Source of the DNA: Azolla caroliniana
Taxonomy: Eukaryota > Plantae > Polypodiophyta
NCBI GenBank assembly: GCA_043228905.1
Contig: JBHGNT010000022.1
Span: 2,046,001 to 2,110,000 of the forward strand
Reading direction: 5' to 3'
DNA length: 64,000 bases
Part shown: in pieces, positions 23,351 to 37,192 of the stretch
Numbering within the stretch: position 1 is the first letter of the stretch
Layout: every line of letters begins with the position of its first letter
Program-made: the position numbers and the translations under genes
Notes under the pieces: model-generated
The model's input: only the letters and a program-made list of their open reading frames with translations
The model's database searches: none
What the model was told of the DNA's origin: nothing

Positions 23351-26300
23351 TGACGAGAAATCAAGGCTCCTTTTGCACAACGCTCGGCCACAACCGAGCG
23401 TAGGATCATACACAGAAAGCGGGAAAGAAAACACGACACGAAGAAGAGAAGAGTACGCGGGATGTTTACGTGGAAAACCCCAAACTAGGGTAAAAAACCA
23501 CGGCAGCCCACAGGCTGCAAACTATCACTATGTTAGAATGTACAACAATGAGTTCATAGAGGCAACGACCTCGTGCTCACGATCTTCGCCACAGGCGGCG
23601 GTTACAACAGAGGCAACGACCTCTTTCTCTCTCTCTCTCTCTGTACACAGTTACGCGCTCTCTCACTCCTTGCACCAACAAGAATGACAACAACAGTTAC
23701 TAGAAGTTTGCCCTAAGTCATATTTATACTAATATGACTTTTCGGCTATTTACAAATATAGCCTCGATGGACTCTCAGAAACATATTTACGAATATGTCT
23801 CTTCATCCGGTGAGCATTCCTCACCGGGTCTGCACCATCCGGCTCTCCGTAGCCGGGTACTCCTCATCCGGTCTTCACCGGGTCTGCATTGTTCTTCTCC
23901 CTTCCCATCCGGAGGGACTTGTCTCCCAACAAACTCCCCCTTCACTCCGGCATGGGGTGTATTACTAGTCTGATCCTCTTCCGGCATGCATCCAGCTTGT
24001 CAGGTATCAGAACTTTGGTCAGCATATCTGACCCGTTCTCGGCCGTGTGGATCTTCGTTAGTGCGAACTCCTGGTCATCTACTCTTTCTCGGATCCAGTG
24101 ATATCTTCGCTGGATATGCTTCGTCCGGGAATGGTAGGCCGCATTCTTAGCAAGATGGATGGCACTTTGACTGTCGCAATAGAGCCAGTATTCATCTTGT
24201 CGGATACCGAGCTCTCCGATGAAGTCCTTCATCCATAAGATTTCCTTGCCGGCTTCCACAGCTGCCATGTACTCTGCCTCCATGGTTGACAATGCAACCA
24301 TCTTCTGCAGCCTCGACTGCCACGAAACAGCTCTCCCTGCATATGTCATTACATACTCGGATGTAGACCGGCTGGTATCCACATTAGCCGACATGTCCAA
24401 ATCGGTGAAACCGTCAAGTTGAGGTTTTCCGGAGCCGAATCGGAGACACATATTTGAAGTGCCCTTCAAATACCGGAGTATCCATTTGACCGCGTTCCAG
24501 TGCTCCTTGCCGGGATTGCTCATAAACCGGCTCACCACTCCGACTGCGTATCCTATATCCGGTCGGGTACACACCATTGCGTACATCAAGCTCCCGACGG
24601 CAGAGGCATATGGAATCTTCATCATATCCGCCTTCTCTGCTTTCGTCTTCGGGCTTTGCTTACCGGATAGCCTACAGTTTGCCGGGATTGCTCATAAACC
24701 GGCTCACCACTCCGACTGCGTATCCTATATCCGGTCGGGTACACACCATTGCGTACATCAAGCTCCCGACGGCAGAGGCATATGGAATCTTCATCATATC
24801 CGCCTTCTCTGCTTTCGTCTTCGGGCTTTGCTTACCGGATAGCCTACAGTTTGCCGGAAGTGTCGATTTGACCGGTTTCGCATCTGACATGTTGAACCGG
24901 TGAAGCACCTTTGTCACGTACATTTCCTGTGACAGCCATAATTGCTTCACTGACCGGTTCCGGATAATATGCATCCCCAACATCTGTCTTGCTGGACCCA
25001 AGTCTTTCATTGAGAAGGTCCGGTTGAGGGCCTTCTTCAGCATCCGTATTTTGACTTGGTCCCATCCGACGATCAACATGTCATCCACATACAGAAGGAG
25101 TATCAAGAAGTCGCCTCCTTCAAACTTCTTCACAAACACGCAGTGATCGGCCTGCATCTTGTGGTACCCTTGGTCGGCCATGAAGGAGTCGAACTTCTGG
25201 TACCATTGACGGGGAGCCTGCTTTAGTCCGTACAGGCTCTTCTTCAGCCGGCATACCAGGTTCTCCTTCCCTTTCTCCACAAATCCCTCCGGTTGCTACA
25301 TGTAGATTTCCTCTTCGAGGTCGCCGTGAAGGAATGTTGTCTTCACGTCCAACTGTTCTACCTCGAGGTCCATGCTTGCCGCTATACTCAGCACCGTTTG
25401 GATGGAGGTCATCTTTACTACCAGGGAAAATATCTCGTCGAAGTCCACGCCCTTCTTCTGCTAGAACCCCTTCACCACTATCCTGGCTTTGTATCTTGGG
25501 GGGTTGCCGGCATCTCCCGGTTTCAATTTGTACACCCACTTGTTTCGGAGTGCCCGCTTTCCTTTCGGCAACTCCACCAATTCGTACGTATGGTTCTCAT
25601 GCAGGGAATCCATCTCATCCTGCATGGCACTTAACCATTTGCGGCTATGGGTGTCATCCTTCTCTTCTTCGAAGCTTTCTGGCTCCCCCTCATCGGTTAG
25701 CAGCACATGCTCTACATCCGGAAATCTCCGGGGGGGCCTTCTCTCTCTGAGAGGATATCTCCGTCTTCGGGCTTCGGTAACCGGCTCCTCCATTTGCTCT
25801 TCATCCGAATCCGATTTGGGGTCTTGGCCGGTTCCGGATTCGGCTTCCTCTACTTCTTCTTCAGCCTGTTCGGTATCCTCACCGTATCCGGCTGGTTCTT
25901 CGAGTGCTAACCGGTCTCTCGCCGGTTGGGTCTGCTCATCATAGAATCGATCCTTACCGGTCGACTCGGAGTTCATTATCTTCTTCTCCGACTCCTAGTC
26001 AGTGAGCGTCTTGTCCTCCATGAAGATAATATCTCGACTCCAGAATACCTTCTTGTCGACCAGGTCCCACACTCGGTAGCCGAACTCATCGTCACCGTAA
26101 CCGAGGAATATGCATGGCCGGGTCTTTGGATCTAACTTTCCTCTCCGGTCCTTAGCTACATGCACGTACGCGAGACACCCGAACACCTTCAGATGCCGGT
26201 AGGATACTTCCTTACCGGTCCACACTCTTTGTGGCGTGTCTCCGTCCAAGGGTACTGAGGGTGATCTATTTATCACATATGTCGTCGTCGACAATGCCTC

Positions 26301-28770
26301 AGCCCAAAACTTCTTGGGTAGTTTTGCGTGCACTAGCATACTCCGGACCCTCTCCATTATGGTCCGGTTCATCCTCTCGGCCAGTCCGTTTAGTTCCGGC
26401 GTCTTCGGCACGGTAAATTCGAGCCGGATTCCCTTCGAGCGGCAGTACTCCTCGAACTGCCCCCGGTATTCTCCTCCGTTATCTGCTCGAACCGCCTTCA
26501 GCTTCCGGCCTATTTCTCTTTCCACTCTCGCGTGGAGCTCTTTGAAGACGGATAGCACCTGATCCTTTGTCTTCAACGGTGTGGCCCACAACTTCCGGCT
26601 GTGGTCATCTATGAATGTCACGAAGTACTGCGCTCCGGCATGTGACTTCGTGTCTACCTGACACACATCTGTATGCACCAACTCCAGCGGTGCATTACGT
26701 CTCATTAGTGGCCTTGGTCGGAAGGAGGCCCGGTTTTGCTTACCTGCCAGACAATCAGTGCACTTCTCCAAGTGCACGTTCTTCACTGGAATGAGGTTGT
26801 CGTCTGCAAGCCTCTTCATCCCCTTCTCGCTCATATGACACAGCCTCTTGTGCCACAGCTCATCGGTAGTGTCGGATGCCACGTTCACTTCTTCCGGACA
26901 TAACCGGGCGTTCATCAGGTACAGTGTGTTGACCTTCCGGACCCGAGCCACAATCAGGCTCCCTTTGCTGAACTTCATGACACCGTACCGGATGCTACCC
27001 GTGTAGCCTTCATCATCTAGCCGACCGGCTGATATCAGGTTCAGACAAACCTCTGAAACGTGTCGGAAATCCTTCAGCAGCAACTTGCATCCGGTTGGTG
27101 TTGTCAGCCACACGTCTCCTATGCCGAGAATTCGGCATGTTCCTTCATTCCCCATCTGGACACAGCCGTGATCACTGGTTGAGTAGGATGAGAAGCATTT
27201 CCGGTCCGGGGTAAGGTGGAACGACGCTCCGGAGTCTACCACCCAGGTCATCTCGTCGCCGGCAAGGTTTATCTCACTCTCCTCGGTGATGAGCATCAAC
27301 TCTTCTTCACTTGCCGCAATTGCCATCGTTCCCTTCCGGTCCGGCCCCCTCCGGTCTTTACCGTTCCAGTCTGGGGTCTGCTTCGAATCAGTACCGTCGG
27401 TTTCCTTGTCTTTTCGGAAATGCCGACAGTTCTTTTGGAAGTGTCCCGGCTTGCCACAATAGAAGCAAGTAGGCCTTCCCCTTGACTTTGACCGTGTCCC
27501 CAACTTCTCCCGGTTCTGGGGAATACGGTTTCTATGTCTTCCACGTTCCGATTCGGTAAGGAGCGCTTTGGAGTCGGAGCTCGTATCTTTATCTTTCCGA
27601 AGCGCCTCCTCATCTAGCAAGCTCGACTTTACTCTTGCTAGGGATAACCGTTTCCCTTCCGGCCCGACATTGCCCAAGGTGACAACCAACGTCTCCCAGC
27701 TATCTGGGAGGGAACCAAGCAGGAGTAGTGCTAGTACCTCATCGGCGAGAGGTACCTCCAATGATGTTGCCTGGTGTATCAGCCCTTGGAAGGCATTCAT
27801 GTGCTCCGCCATGCTGGAGCCGTCTTGGTACCGGAGTCTTACTAGCTTCCGGAATACCGAAACCTGATTAACAGCATTTTTGTTTTGAAACATTATGCCG
27901 ATCTTCTCCCAGAGCTCATGAGCCTTGCTCTCTTCATTGAAGTTGTTGTACAGGCTCATGTCGATGAAGCATCGTATGTACGCCGTTGTCTTCATGTGCA
28001 TCACCTCCCATATCGCGGTGTCGATTTTGTCCAGTCTCTTGTCCCCGAACTGAACCGGCAGCCAGAGGTCTTTAACCACGAGCATGTCCCTCATCTTCGA
28101 CTTCCACACCGAATAGTTGGAGCCGGTGAGATTGAACATGCCACCAAACGATTCGTCCATTTTCTGTGTTGTTATGCTCTGATACCACTTGACAAGAACT
28201 CAAGGCTCCTTTTGCACAACGCTCAGCCACAACCGAGTGTAGGATCATACACAGAAAGCGGGAAAGAAAACACGACACGACGAAGAGAAGAGTACGCAAG
28301 ATGTTTACGTGGAAAACCCCAAACTAGGGTAAAAAACCACGGCAGCCCATAGGCTGCAAACTATCACTATGTTAGAATGTACAACAATGAATTCACAGAG
28401 GCAACGACCTCGTGCTCACGATCTTCGCCACAGGCAGCGGTTACAACAGAGGCAACGACCTCTTTCTCTCTCTCTCTCTCTGTACACAGTTACGCGCTCT
28501 CTCACTCCTTGCACCAACAAGAATGACAACAACAGTTACTAGAAGTTTGCCCTAAGTCATATTTATACTAATATGACTTTTCGGTTATTTACAAATATAG
28601 CCTCGATGGACTCTCAGAAACATATTTACGAATATGTCTCTTCATCCGGTGAGCATTCCTCACCGGGTCTGCACCATCCGGCTCTCCGTAGCCGGGTACT
28701 CCTCATCCGGTCTTCACCGGGTCTGCACTGTTCTTCTCCCTTCCCATCCGGAGGGACCTGTCTCCCAACA
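23351..28770 (-). mobile_element. full-length Ty1/copia (copia B), relative of copia A, decayed
   Basis: LTRs 23351-23931 and 28190-28770 (581 bp each, ~15 differences by eye), TSD CAAGA, PBS iMet 28176-28187, PPT 23932-23942. Confidence 0.97.
23942..28160 (-). pseudogene. copia B gag-pol with nonsense codons and a 172-bp duplication
   Basis: ORFs 25995-28160, 25461-25976, 24672-25280 and 23942-24625 are collinear with copia A. Confidence 0.93.
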
Positions 28771-31199
28771 CAAGAGAGGAAGAACGGAAATGATGCCGCA
28801 GCAGCCGTCGAAGAGGCAGCAACTGCTTGCCAAGCATACCCCCAGCTGGGCTGAAAAAGAGTCATGGCGTTCCAAAACACCCCCAGCGGCTATGAGAGGA
28901 GCACTTCCTAGACCATCAAAACCCATTCGCATTAAGCTGAAACGGCAAGATACGACGTAAGGGTAGCCGACCGGCAAGAACCACCAGAATATTGTTGACG
29001 AGGAGGAGCTGGCAGAAGAAGAGGAGTCGTCTCTACTGAGATACCAACACCTACGTCCGATTGAGGAAGACATGGATGGATTGGGTCCAATATTGGATAG
29101 AACACCGACCATCATCTCAACAGTGGTGGAGCCAAGGCCGGTGGAGAGCGCGGACATGGCAAGTCCAAAAGCGGTTCAAACGGTTCAGCCGGAACCAAAA
29201 CTAGAAAGGCATACTCAACTAGGACAAGCCTATCAACAAACAAATGAGGTAGGCAACCGACTGGAGAAGTTGAGGGGTCCGGAAGATGATATGCAAGAAG
29301 AACTGGCGGTTCTTACATTCGGGGAAACCGGCCCTAAACCGAAGGCAGTGCAGGCATACGTTGCAATCACCCGCCTGTCGGCAACTGCTTGAATGGTCAG
29401 GACAACAGGTCACCAGGGTGGTAGAATGGGTGGATGCAGAACGGAGGGAATGGATGAGTAGGTCCACATAGGCAGAGAAGACAACGGCAATAGCCGGACA
29501 ATTGGCGGAGGCCTAGAGCCGTATTCAGACATTGGAGGAAGAGTTGCAATGGGCCAAGGAATTGTTGGCCATATAGGCGAATCTAGGCCAAGGCAACCCA
29601 ACGGAGTTGGAAATAGGCGAACCGGACATAGTACTAGTAGAGGTTCGAAGGAAGGAACCAGTTGCGGACATGGTACCAGAGAAAGAAAGAAAATGGGATA
29701 GAGAAAGAGAAATTTTGAAGGACAAATTGGCCGCACAAGCGGCAATGAAGGAAAAAGAAAAGCAATTACGCAAGGCAACCGAAGATGAAAAATGGAGAAT
29801 GGAGGAAAGTCTCCAAAGATTACAAAGCAACATGGACCAGCTGAAAGAGGAAAAGGACGGGCTACAACAAGAAAAGGACAAGCTCCGGAGCATGGCAGAA
29901 ACCGAAATTGAAAGACGCAAGGAGGAGCTCCGACAGCAGAAAGATCGGGACGGTCAGTTGCTTGCGCAATCAAACCGATGACTGAAGGAGAAAACTAAGG
30001 ATTTCGAGAAGTTGTACCGGGAGCAAAAGGAGCTCGAAAAGGAGTATGACCGGCAGTGCGAGAAGTTCAAGGAAGCCCACACGGAAGTGAAAAACAAAAT
30101 GGAGGCTCTAGCGGTGCAAGAGAAGGTGCTAGCAGAAACAACAACAAACCTATTGGAGGACGCATCGAAGGAATGGATGGAGTTGCTGATGGAGCATAAC
30201 CGGGTAGTAGAATGGTTGAAGGTTGTATTGGATGAAGTGCAGACGACGTAGCAGACCCAAGCATTGAACTATGAGATCCAGGCAATAGTCGTCGCACAGT
30301 TGATCAAATAGCTAAAGCAAGAAAAGTAGGCCACGGAGGAGAAAGTATAGGTGGGGATTAAAAGAATCTGGATGATTGTCGAAGGCCAATGGGAACGGAT
30401 GCAAGCAACATTGGACAAGTGTTCCGCGACTGTATGGAACCAATGGTCAAAGTAGGCAGCTGAACTCCAAATCCTCTGTGCCAATGCAGAGAACCGGAAG
30501 AAATCTAGGGACAACTTCTATAACATGGACTCGAAAGCATTATCACAATCCAAGAGGAGTTGTCAGAATATTTCTACGCCATGGGTTAGGTACAAATAGA
30601 CAGGGTCTAGAAGCTGTTGGAGGAGATTGAAGATGACCAATTGTAGGTAACGCTGGAGTTGGAAGCCTATGAACGGGAGAGAAGGCGAAAAGCAGATGAG
30701 GAGAGGGCAGAACAAGTAAATATCAGTGATGAAGACCAACAAGCGGAGCCGGCTACTTCAACAAGCACAAGACAAAGTCACAATTGGAACCTTAGCCGAA
30801 GATGCGGATAGAAGAGCAAGAGTCGCAAACGGATCAGTCGGAGATGCAACCGGAGCAGCGGATGGAGCAAGCACCCAAGCAACAATGGGAAGAAAATGAG
30901 CAACCAATGACTAATACAAATCATCGATGACAATAGTAGTTTGCAAAAGAAGAAGAGTGGTCGGTACTGGTTGACCAAGACATCCTGGACATACTCAAGG
31001 AGGAATAGAGGAGCTGACCCATGGGTTCGACGTCCAAGGCACTGTCCCATGGACGTGCCATGTGTTTGGCCTAAGAAGAGAGTATGTTCAGGAGGTCTGA
31101 ACAAGGAAGCCGGATATTAGATATTAGAATATTAGAATATTAAGTAGTGACGGATCCGGATGGATGTACTGATCCGGAACCACACCGTTTTGTACATTG

Positions 31200-31330
31200 T
31201 GTTGGCATAAAAGGCCGACTCCTTCCACTTTGTATCCTAGTGTGAACTCGTCCAAAGAGTTAGGGCTTAGTATATAAGAAATAACCTAACGTTGTAAAGA
31301 AGAACCTCTTGATCATCTTGTAAATTGAGT

Positions 31331-31364
<34 letters not shown>

Positions 31365-34300
31365 AAATGCAATAATAGAGCTTCCATTAAAGCTTAAACC
31401 GTGTCTATTTTCTGTTATATCTTCTTTTCTCCATTCAGTGTAGTTTGTTGAACACATACGATAGGTCCTCACACACACACACACACACACACATTTACAT
31501 TTCCGCACATATATGCTCTTCAACTGGTATTAGAGCAAATTGCGGTTCAGCGGCAACGAGCAGTAGAGAAGCTAACAGGAAAAAGACCAAGTCAGTAAAA
31601 TGTCACTTTCAAAGAATAACATGGCTTCAACATCTGGAACAGGAACTGAAATCAGAAAATTCGATGGCAAAAACTTTGCCCTGTGGAAGGAGATGATGCA
31701 GGACGTGTTGATCATCAGAAGACAAGTCGAAGCCATTTGACACAGTGAAAAACCTGCCTCGATGAGAGCCAAAGAGTGGAGATCTACAGACGAAATCGCA
31801 CGCTCCACCATCATAATGCATTTGGCCGAAAACGTCTACTTCAATATAGCAAAAGAGACGATAGTGTTCTCATTGTGGGAGAAGCTACAAGCCGTGTACA
31901 AGAAAAAGTCCTCATCTTCAAAACTGATTTTGATCAAACAATTGTTCAACATTATGATGAGAGAGATTGATCCGGCTACCTCCCACATCAACACCTTCAC
32001 TCGGGTGTTGTCAGAACTCTCCTCACAAGGGATAAACTTCGAAGAAGAAGTGAAAGCCCTTGCCCTCCTATCGAGCTTGCCGGCGAGTTGGGAGGTATTC
32101 TGCACAACATACGCCAATAGCCAACCAATCCTAAATCTGGATGAGCAATCGGCCAAGTCCTCACCGAGGACATTCGACGAAAATCGATGGGACTCACCAT
32201 TGACGAGTCGGCAGAAGTCTACCACTCAACCGATTGAGTCGATCAAGAGAACAAGCCGATAGAGTAGGTTGACACCATAGACAATCGAAAACGAGGGGAG
32301 AGCAACAGCGGTCGAAATCGAGAACAGGCCGATCGACGAATTCTACACACATTGCAGAAAAGTTGGCCACAATGTTTCCAACTGTTGGTCGATCAAGAGG
32401 AAAGAGAGTGGCCGGCGATCTGAGCGGAATCGAGGAGGACCCAACTCGAACCTCTCTCCAATCGGCAGCCAAATCAACGTTGCAGACACCCGATTAGGAG
32501 AAATTCTCGCCTTTGAGGATTCAATGATTGGAGAAGTCCTCTACAGTACAGAAGATGCACACACATGGCTACTGAATTTTGGTGACACATTCCACGTGAC
32601 CCCCAACATCGAATGGTTTTCAAACTATTCGATCGCCACCAGTGGCACAGTCCAACTAGGCAACAGGTAGGAGTGCAGAATCGCAGGGATTGAGAGGTCC
32701 CCATCCGATTGCCAAATGACAGCATGATCACCCTACACCAAGTCTAGCATGTACCTGATCTAAAAAGGAGTCTGGTCTCCATCGACATGTTACCCAAAGA
32801 CAGGCACCTAACGACTCTCAGTGAGTCAACATGGATGATCAACCAAGGAAATCCAAGGACAATAACTTGTACCCATTAATGGCAATCAATCCATAAGGGG
32901 TCATGAATGTAGCCGAAAAGACCAACCCAAACCTATGGCATGGCCGACTCGGCCATATGTCTCAAGCCGAACTCAATCGGCTGATGGCGGTAGGCTACAT
33001 CCCGAAACTTCAAGCAAAGACGGACTTCTATGAGCATTGTCGATACGGGAAACAGACCCAAAGTCCACTCTCTCTCCACTACGAGACAGTACGACAGCCC
33101 CTAGAGCTTGTGCACATAGATATATGTGAGCCCATGCCAGAGTGATCACTAGGAGACTCTCATCACTTTTGTAGATGATTGTACACGGAAGGTCTAGGGC
33201 TACTCCATCAGGTCCAAAGACGAAGCGCTCAAGATCTTCACTCGGTGGATATTTGAAGTGGAGAACTGGTCGCAATATAGGGTGAAGACACTCTGATCCG
33301 ACAACGGAGGTGAGTACACCTCCAGAGCCTTCAAACAGTACTTGTCTAACAAAGGGATCCGACATCAAAAGATCGTTCCCTATGCACCCATGTAGAATGG
33401 GGTGGTTGAACGGATCAACTGAACGATCCAAGAGAGGGTGACGGCAATGCTGCAACAAGCCGAATTGAAGCTGGAGTTCTAGGCCAAGGCGTTGCAGACA
33501 GTAGTATACCTGGTAAATCTTTCTCTATCGAAAGCAATCAGGCTCGAAGTGCCACAGGCATATTGGTCAGGCAAACAGTTGACCTACGACAGGCTCCGTA
33601 TATTCCGATGTGAAGCCTACGCATTCATCCCCAGGGAGAAAAGGACCAAGTTGACACCCCATGCGACGAAGGGCATATTTCTCGGTTATGGAACCGATGG
33701 GAACTTCGGCTACAAGCTATGGGACCTAGAGATCCAAAAACTGATCCAGAGCAGTGATGTAGTCTTCAATGAAGACTCTATCTTCTCTCAACAGAACCGG
33801 CAAAAAATAGTTGGTAAAAAGGTATCCTTCAAAGCTAACAGAGATGTTGTAGAAGAATTGTCCCACCAAGCCGAATTGGAGATTCGACAAACAATCAAAC
33901 TCGGCCAAGCTGACAACATACCTGCCCTGCCGACTCCGAATCGGTAGGAGGTCCACTAATCGAACTCGAAGACAAAGCCATCAAAGACAAAGCTGATTCG
34001 ACAAGAGTCGAACAAGGCAAAGTCAACAAGATGCAATTTGGAAATGGACTCGAGTCAACAAAGTCCACAGGAGAGGACAACATTACACCACCAAAATCCC
34101 AAGATGGGGGCGAGTCACCTAATAGGACTCCTGAAGACAGTTCAAGTAATAACAATCGACCGGTCGAGCCGATTGAAGAGTTCAAACCAACAAAATTGGC
34201 ACTCAGGAGATCCGGATGAGTCAGAAGGCCTACAGAGTTTTATCAATCGGGCCTCGACTACATCAACTACATGGATGTCGGGGAACCAAGTACTTACAAA

Positions 34301-36411
34301 GAAGTTATAGCCGCACTAGACGCCGATACATGGCTACAAGCCATGAAATTCAAAATGGATTCAATTCATCGGAATTAGACATGGGAGTTGGTCGAACTAC
34401 CAGCTGGAAGAAAGCCGCTACCTTACAAATGGGTTTTTCGATACAAATATGTATCTGACTAAGAGAAACCCAAGTACAAAGCTCAACCATGACCACTAAA
34501 GGGTTCAAACAAGAATATGGGGTCGACCACGACGAGATATTTTCACCAATAGTCAAGATGACCACTCGTAGACTCCTACTAGGAGTTGTGGCGACAGAAG
34601 ACCTAGAGCTAGATCAGCTAGATGTAAAGACGACATTCCTACATGGAGATCTGGAAGAAGACATTTATATGTCTCAATTGGCAGGCTTCACGGTGACGGA
34701 GGAGGAAAGTCACCTCGTATGCCGCCTGAAGAAAAGTCTCTATGGCTTAAAACAAGTACCGAGGATGTTGTACCAGAAGTTCAACTCCTACATCAACCAG
34801 CTTGGATACTATCAAATCTCAGACTCCGAACCATGTATGTACATTCAGCAACTGGCCAACAAGTCTAGGATTTATCTGATCCTATATGTCGATGACATGA
34901 TGATTGCAAGAAGCAATCAAGCAGAGATCGGAAAGCTGAAGTGGAGCCTTCATGACAAGTTTGCGATGAAGGAACTTGGACAAATCCGTCACATACTAGC
35001 CATGAGGATCGAGCAAAATCGGATAACCAAGACTCTCCGACTCTCCCAGTCCGACTATATCTGAAAGGTACTGAAGCACTTCAACATGGAGAATGTGAAA
35101 CCAGCACCAACATCACTTTTGACGTCGATCTGACTACCGAACAGAGACTCTCCTTCAACGAACAAGGAGAGAGAGCTTAATGAAAAGATGCCCTATGCAT
35201 CGGCCGTAAGAAGTATCATGTACGCAATGGTGGCAACCCGACCCGACCTAGCCTATGTCGTAGGGGTGGTCAGCTGATACATGTCAAACCCAAGATGGAA
35301 GCATTGGGAGGTCGTCAAGCACATCCTTAGGTATCTAAAAGGAACCACAGATGCATAGCTGAGTTTCGGTTTGACAACCTCAGTCGAAGTCGAAGGCTAC
35401 ACTGACTCCGACTATGCCAGTAATACGGACAATCGGAAGTCAACATCAGGCTATATTTTCACCTATGGTGGAGGTGTTATATCATGGAGGTCGAAGCTTC
35501 AAGAGTGCACGGCCCTGTCAACCACAGAGGCTAAGTACATAGCAGCATCGGAGGCAGCAAAGGAAGTGATCCGATTGCACCGTCTATCTTCCGACTTCTC
35601 ATTTTCAAGCCAAATTGATCGACCAACGCCAACCATCTATTGCGACTCACAGAGCACTATACACCTCATCAACAATCATGTCTAACATGCAAAGACAAAG
35701 CATATTGAGGTGCGGTATCATCACATCTGGGAGCTCATAACCGAGAAGAAGCTCAAAGTCCGGAAGATTGACACCGAGGTGAACATCATCGATTGCTTGA
35801 CAAAGCCACTCCTAGATCAATGCTTCGGAACACTAAGGACAAATATGGGACTACGACAAGCAATCGAGCAGAAGAAGGTTGAACAAGGAGCAGAAGGTAA
35901 GTCTAACCGATCAACTCAGACAAGTCAATCTAACTAACTAGCCGAACCAGGCTAGACATTGAACACATCTATGCCAACTCAACCACATGTCGACTGACTT
36001 ATAAATATAAATTTAGATTAATTTTGTAATCTAGGTTTACGGGGGAGATAACCCCAAACACTTGTACATGCAGAAAAGAGTAGTCCTTTTACGGGGGAGT
36101 TTGTTGGCATAAAAGGCCGACTCCTTCCACTCTGTATCCGAGTGTGAACTCGTCCAAAGAGTTAGGGCTTAGTATATAAGCAATAACCTAACGTCGTAAA
36201 GAAGAACCTCTTGATCATCTTGTAATTTTGAGTCTTAGAGAGAGAGAGAGAGATAGAGAGAACGAATGCAATAACAGAGCTTCCATTAAAGCTTAAACCA
36301 TGTCTATTTTCTATTATATCTTCTTGTCTCCATTATGTGTAGTTTGTTGAACACATACGACAGGTCCTCTCTCTCTCTCACACTTACGTTTCCGTGCATA
36401 TCTGCCCTTCA
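31200..36411 (+). mobile_element. full-length decayed Ty1/copia (copia C)
   Basis: LTRs 31200-31522 and 36102-36411, PBS TGGTATtAGAGC 31525-31536, PPT acgggggag, near-TSD CATTG/CTTTG, gag from 31621 (KFDGKNFALWK), RT YVDDM, RNase H. Confidence 0.95.
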
Positions 36412-36621
36412 CTTTGTCAGCTGGTGCCTGCACCATTTTGTATCAGAATCGGATACCTATATAAAGGATCCGGATTGTAGGTTTAAGGGAGCGAGTAATA
36501 TAATTCTTGTTGTTTATCTTGTGTACTTGCCATCTGAGCTTGCATTTTCTAATCTTACGCGTGTAACCTATAATCGGATACCATGTATGTGTTACGAAAA
36601 GTAACTGGATAAGTTTATAAG

Positions 36622-37192
36622 TAGGGATTGGCAACGGTTAGGTTTAGGGTTAAGCGGTTTGGCCTTATCCAAGCCAAACCGGTTAAGCCTAAACCGTTTG
36701 GGGTTCTCAAACCTGAACCAAACCAAACCAAACCTATCACTAAACCGGTTTAGGCTAAACCGGTTTGTGAACGGCTTTGGAATTGGCTTGGAAACCGGTT
36801 TGTGAACTGGTTTTGAAACCTCCCTCCCTCCCTCTCACCCTACCTCCCTCCCTCTCTCTTTCTCTCATGTCAGTTTAGTCTCTCTCTCCCTCTCTCTCAC
36901 TCTCTCTCAGTGTGTAGTCTCCCTCCCCTCGTCAATGTAGTCTCCCGCTCCCTCTCTCTCTCTCAAGTTTCTAACTAATTTTTAACTTTGAAGTTTTTCT
37001 TTAACCTAACTAGTAAACCACATAAACAACTTAGCCAACTTAACCGGTTTGAGCCGGTTTGGTAAGGCTCAAGCCAAGACGAACCGAGCTCAAACCATTT
37101 AGTCAAGCTCAAGACTAAGCTGAGCCGCTAAGCCATTTAAAATCATTTTAGCTCAACGGTTTAAGCTTGAGCCGAGTCGTTGCCGATCCCTA
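36622..37192. mobile_element. hAT-type non-autonomous element (MITE), 571 bp
   Basis: TIRs TAGGGATTGGCAACG and CGTTGCCGATCCCTA, perfect 8-bp TSD TTTATAAG (36614-36621, 37193-37200), subterminal AACCG/AAACC repeats. Confidence 0.93.

Larger units (their letters stand above)
22780..30910 (+). pseudogene. extra 3' ORF of the gypsy (globular N-terminal part plus long coiled coil), split by copia B
   Basis: frame ...LTLPQLTIKPNK (23350) continues RGRTEMMPQQ (28776) once copia B and its TSD are removed; E/K/Q-rich heptads 29607-30500. Confidence 0.65.

Noticed and set aside
31018-31062. Hairpins and GGTTCGA near the gypsy PPT as a ribozyme or B-box
   Set aside because: No hammerhead core (CUGANGA...GAAA), no A-box and only short stems.
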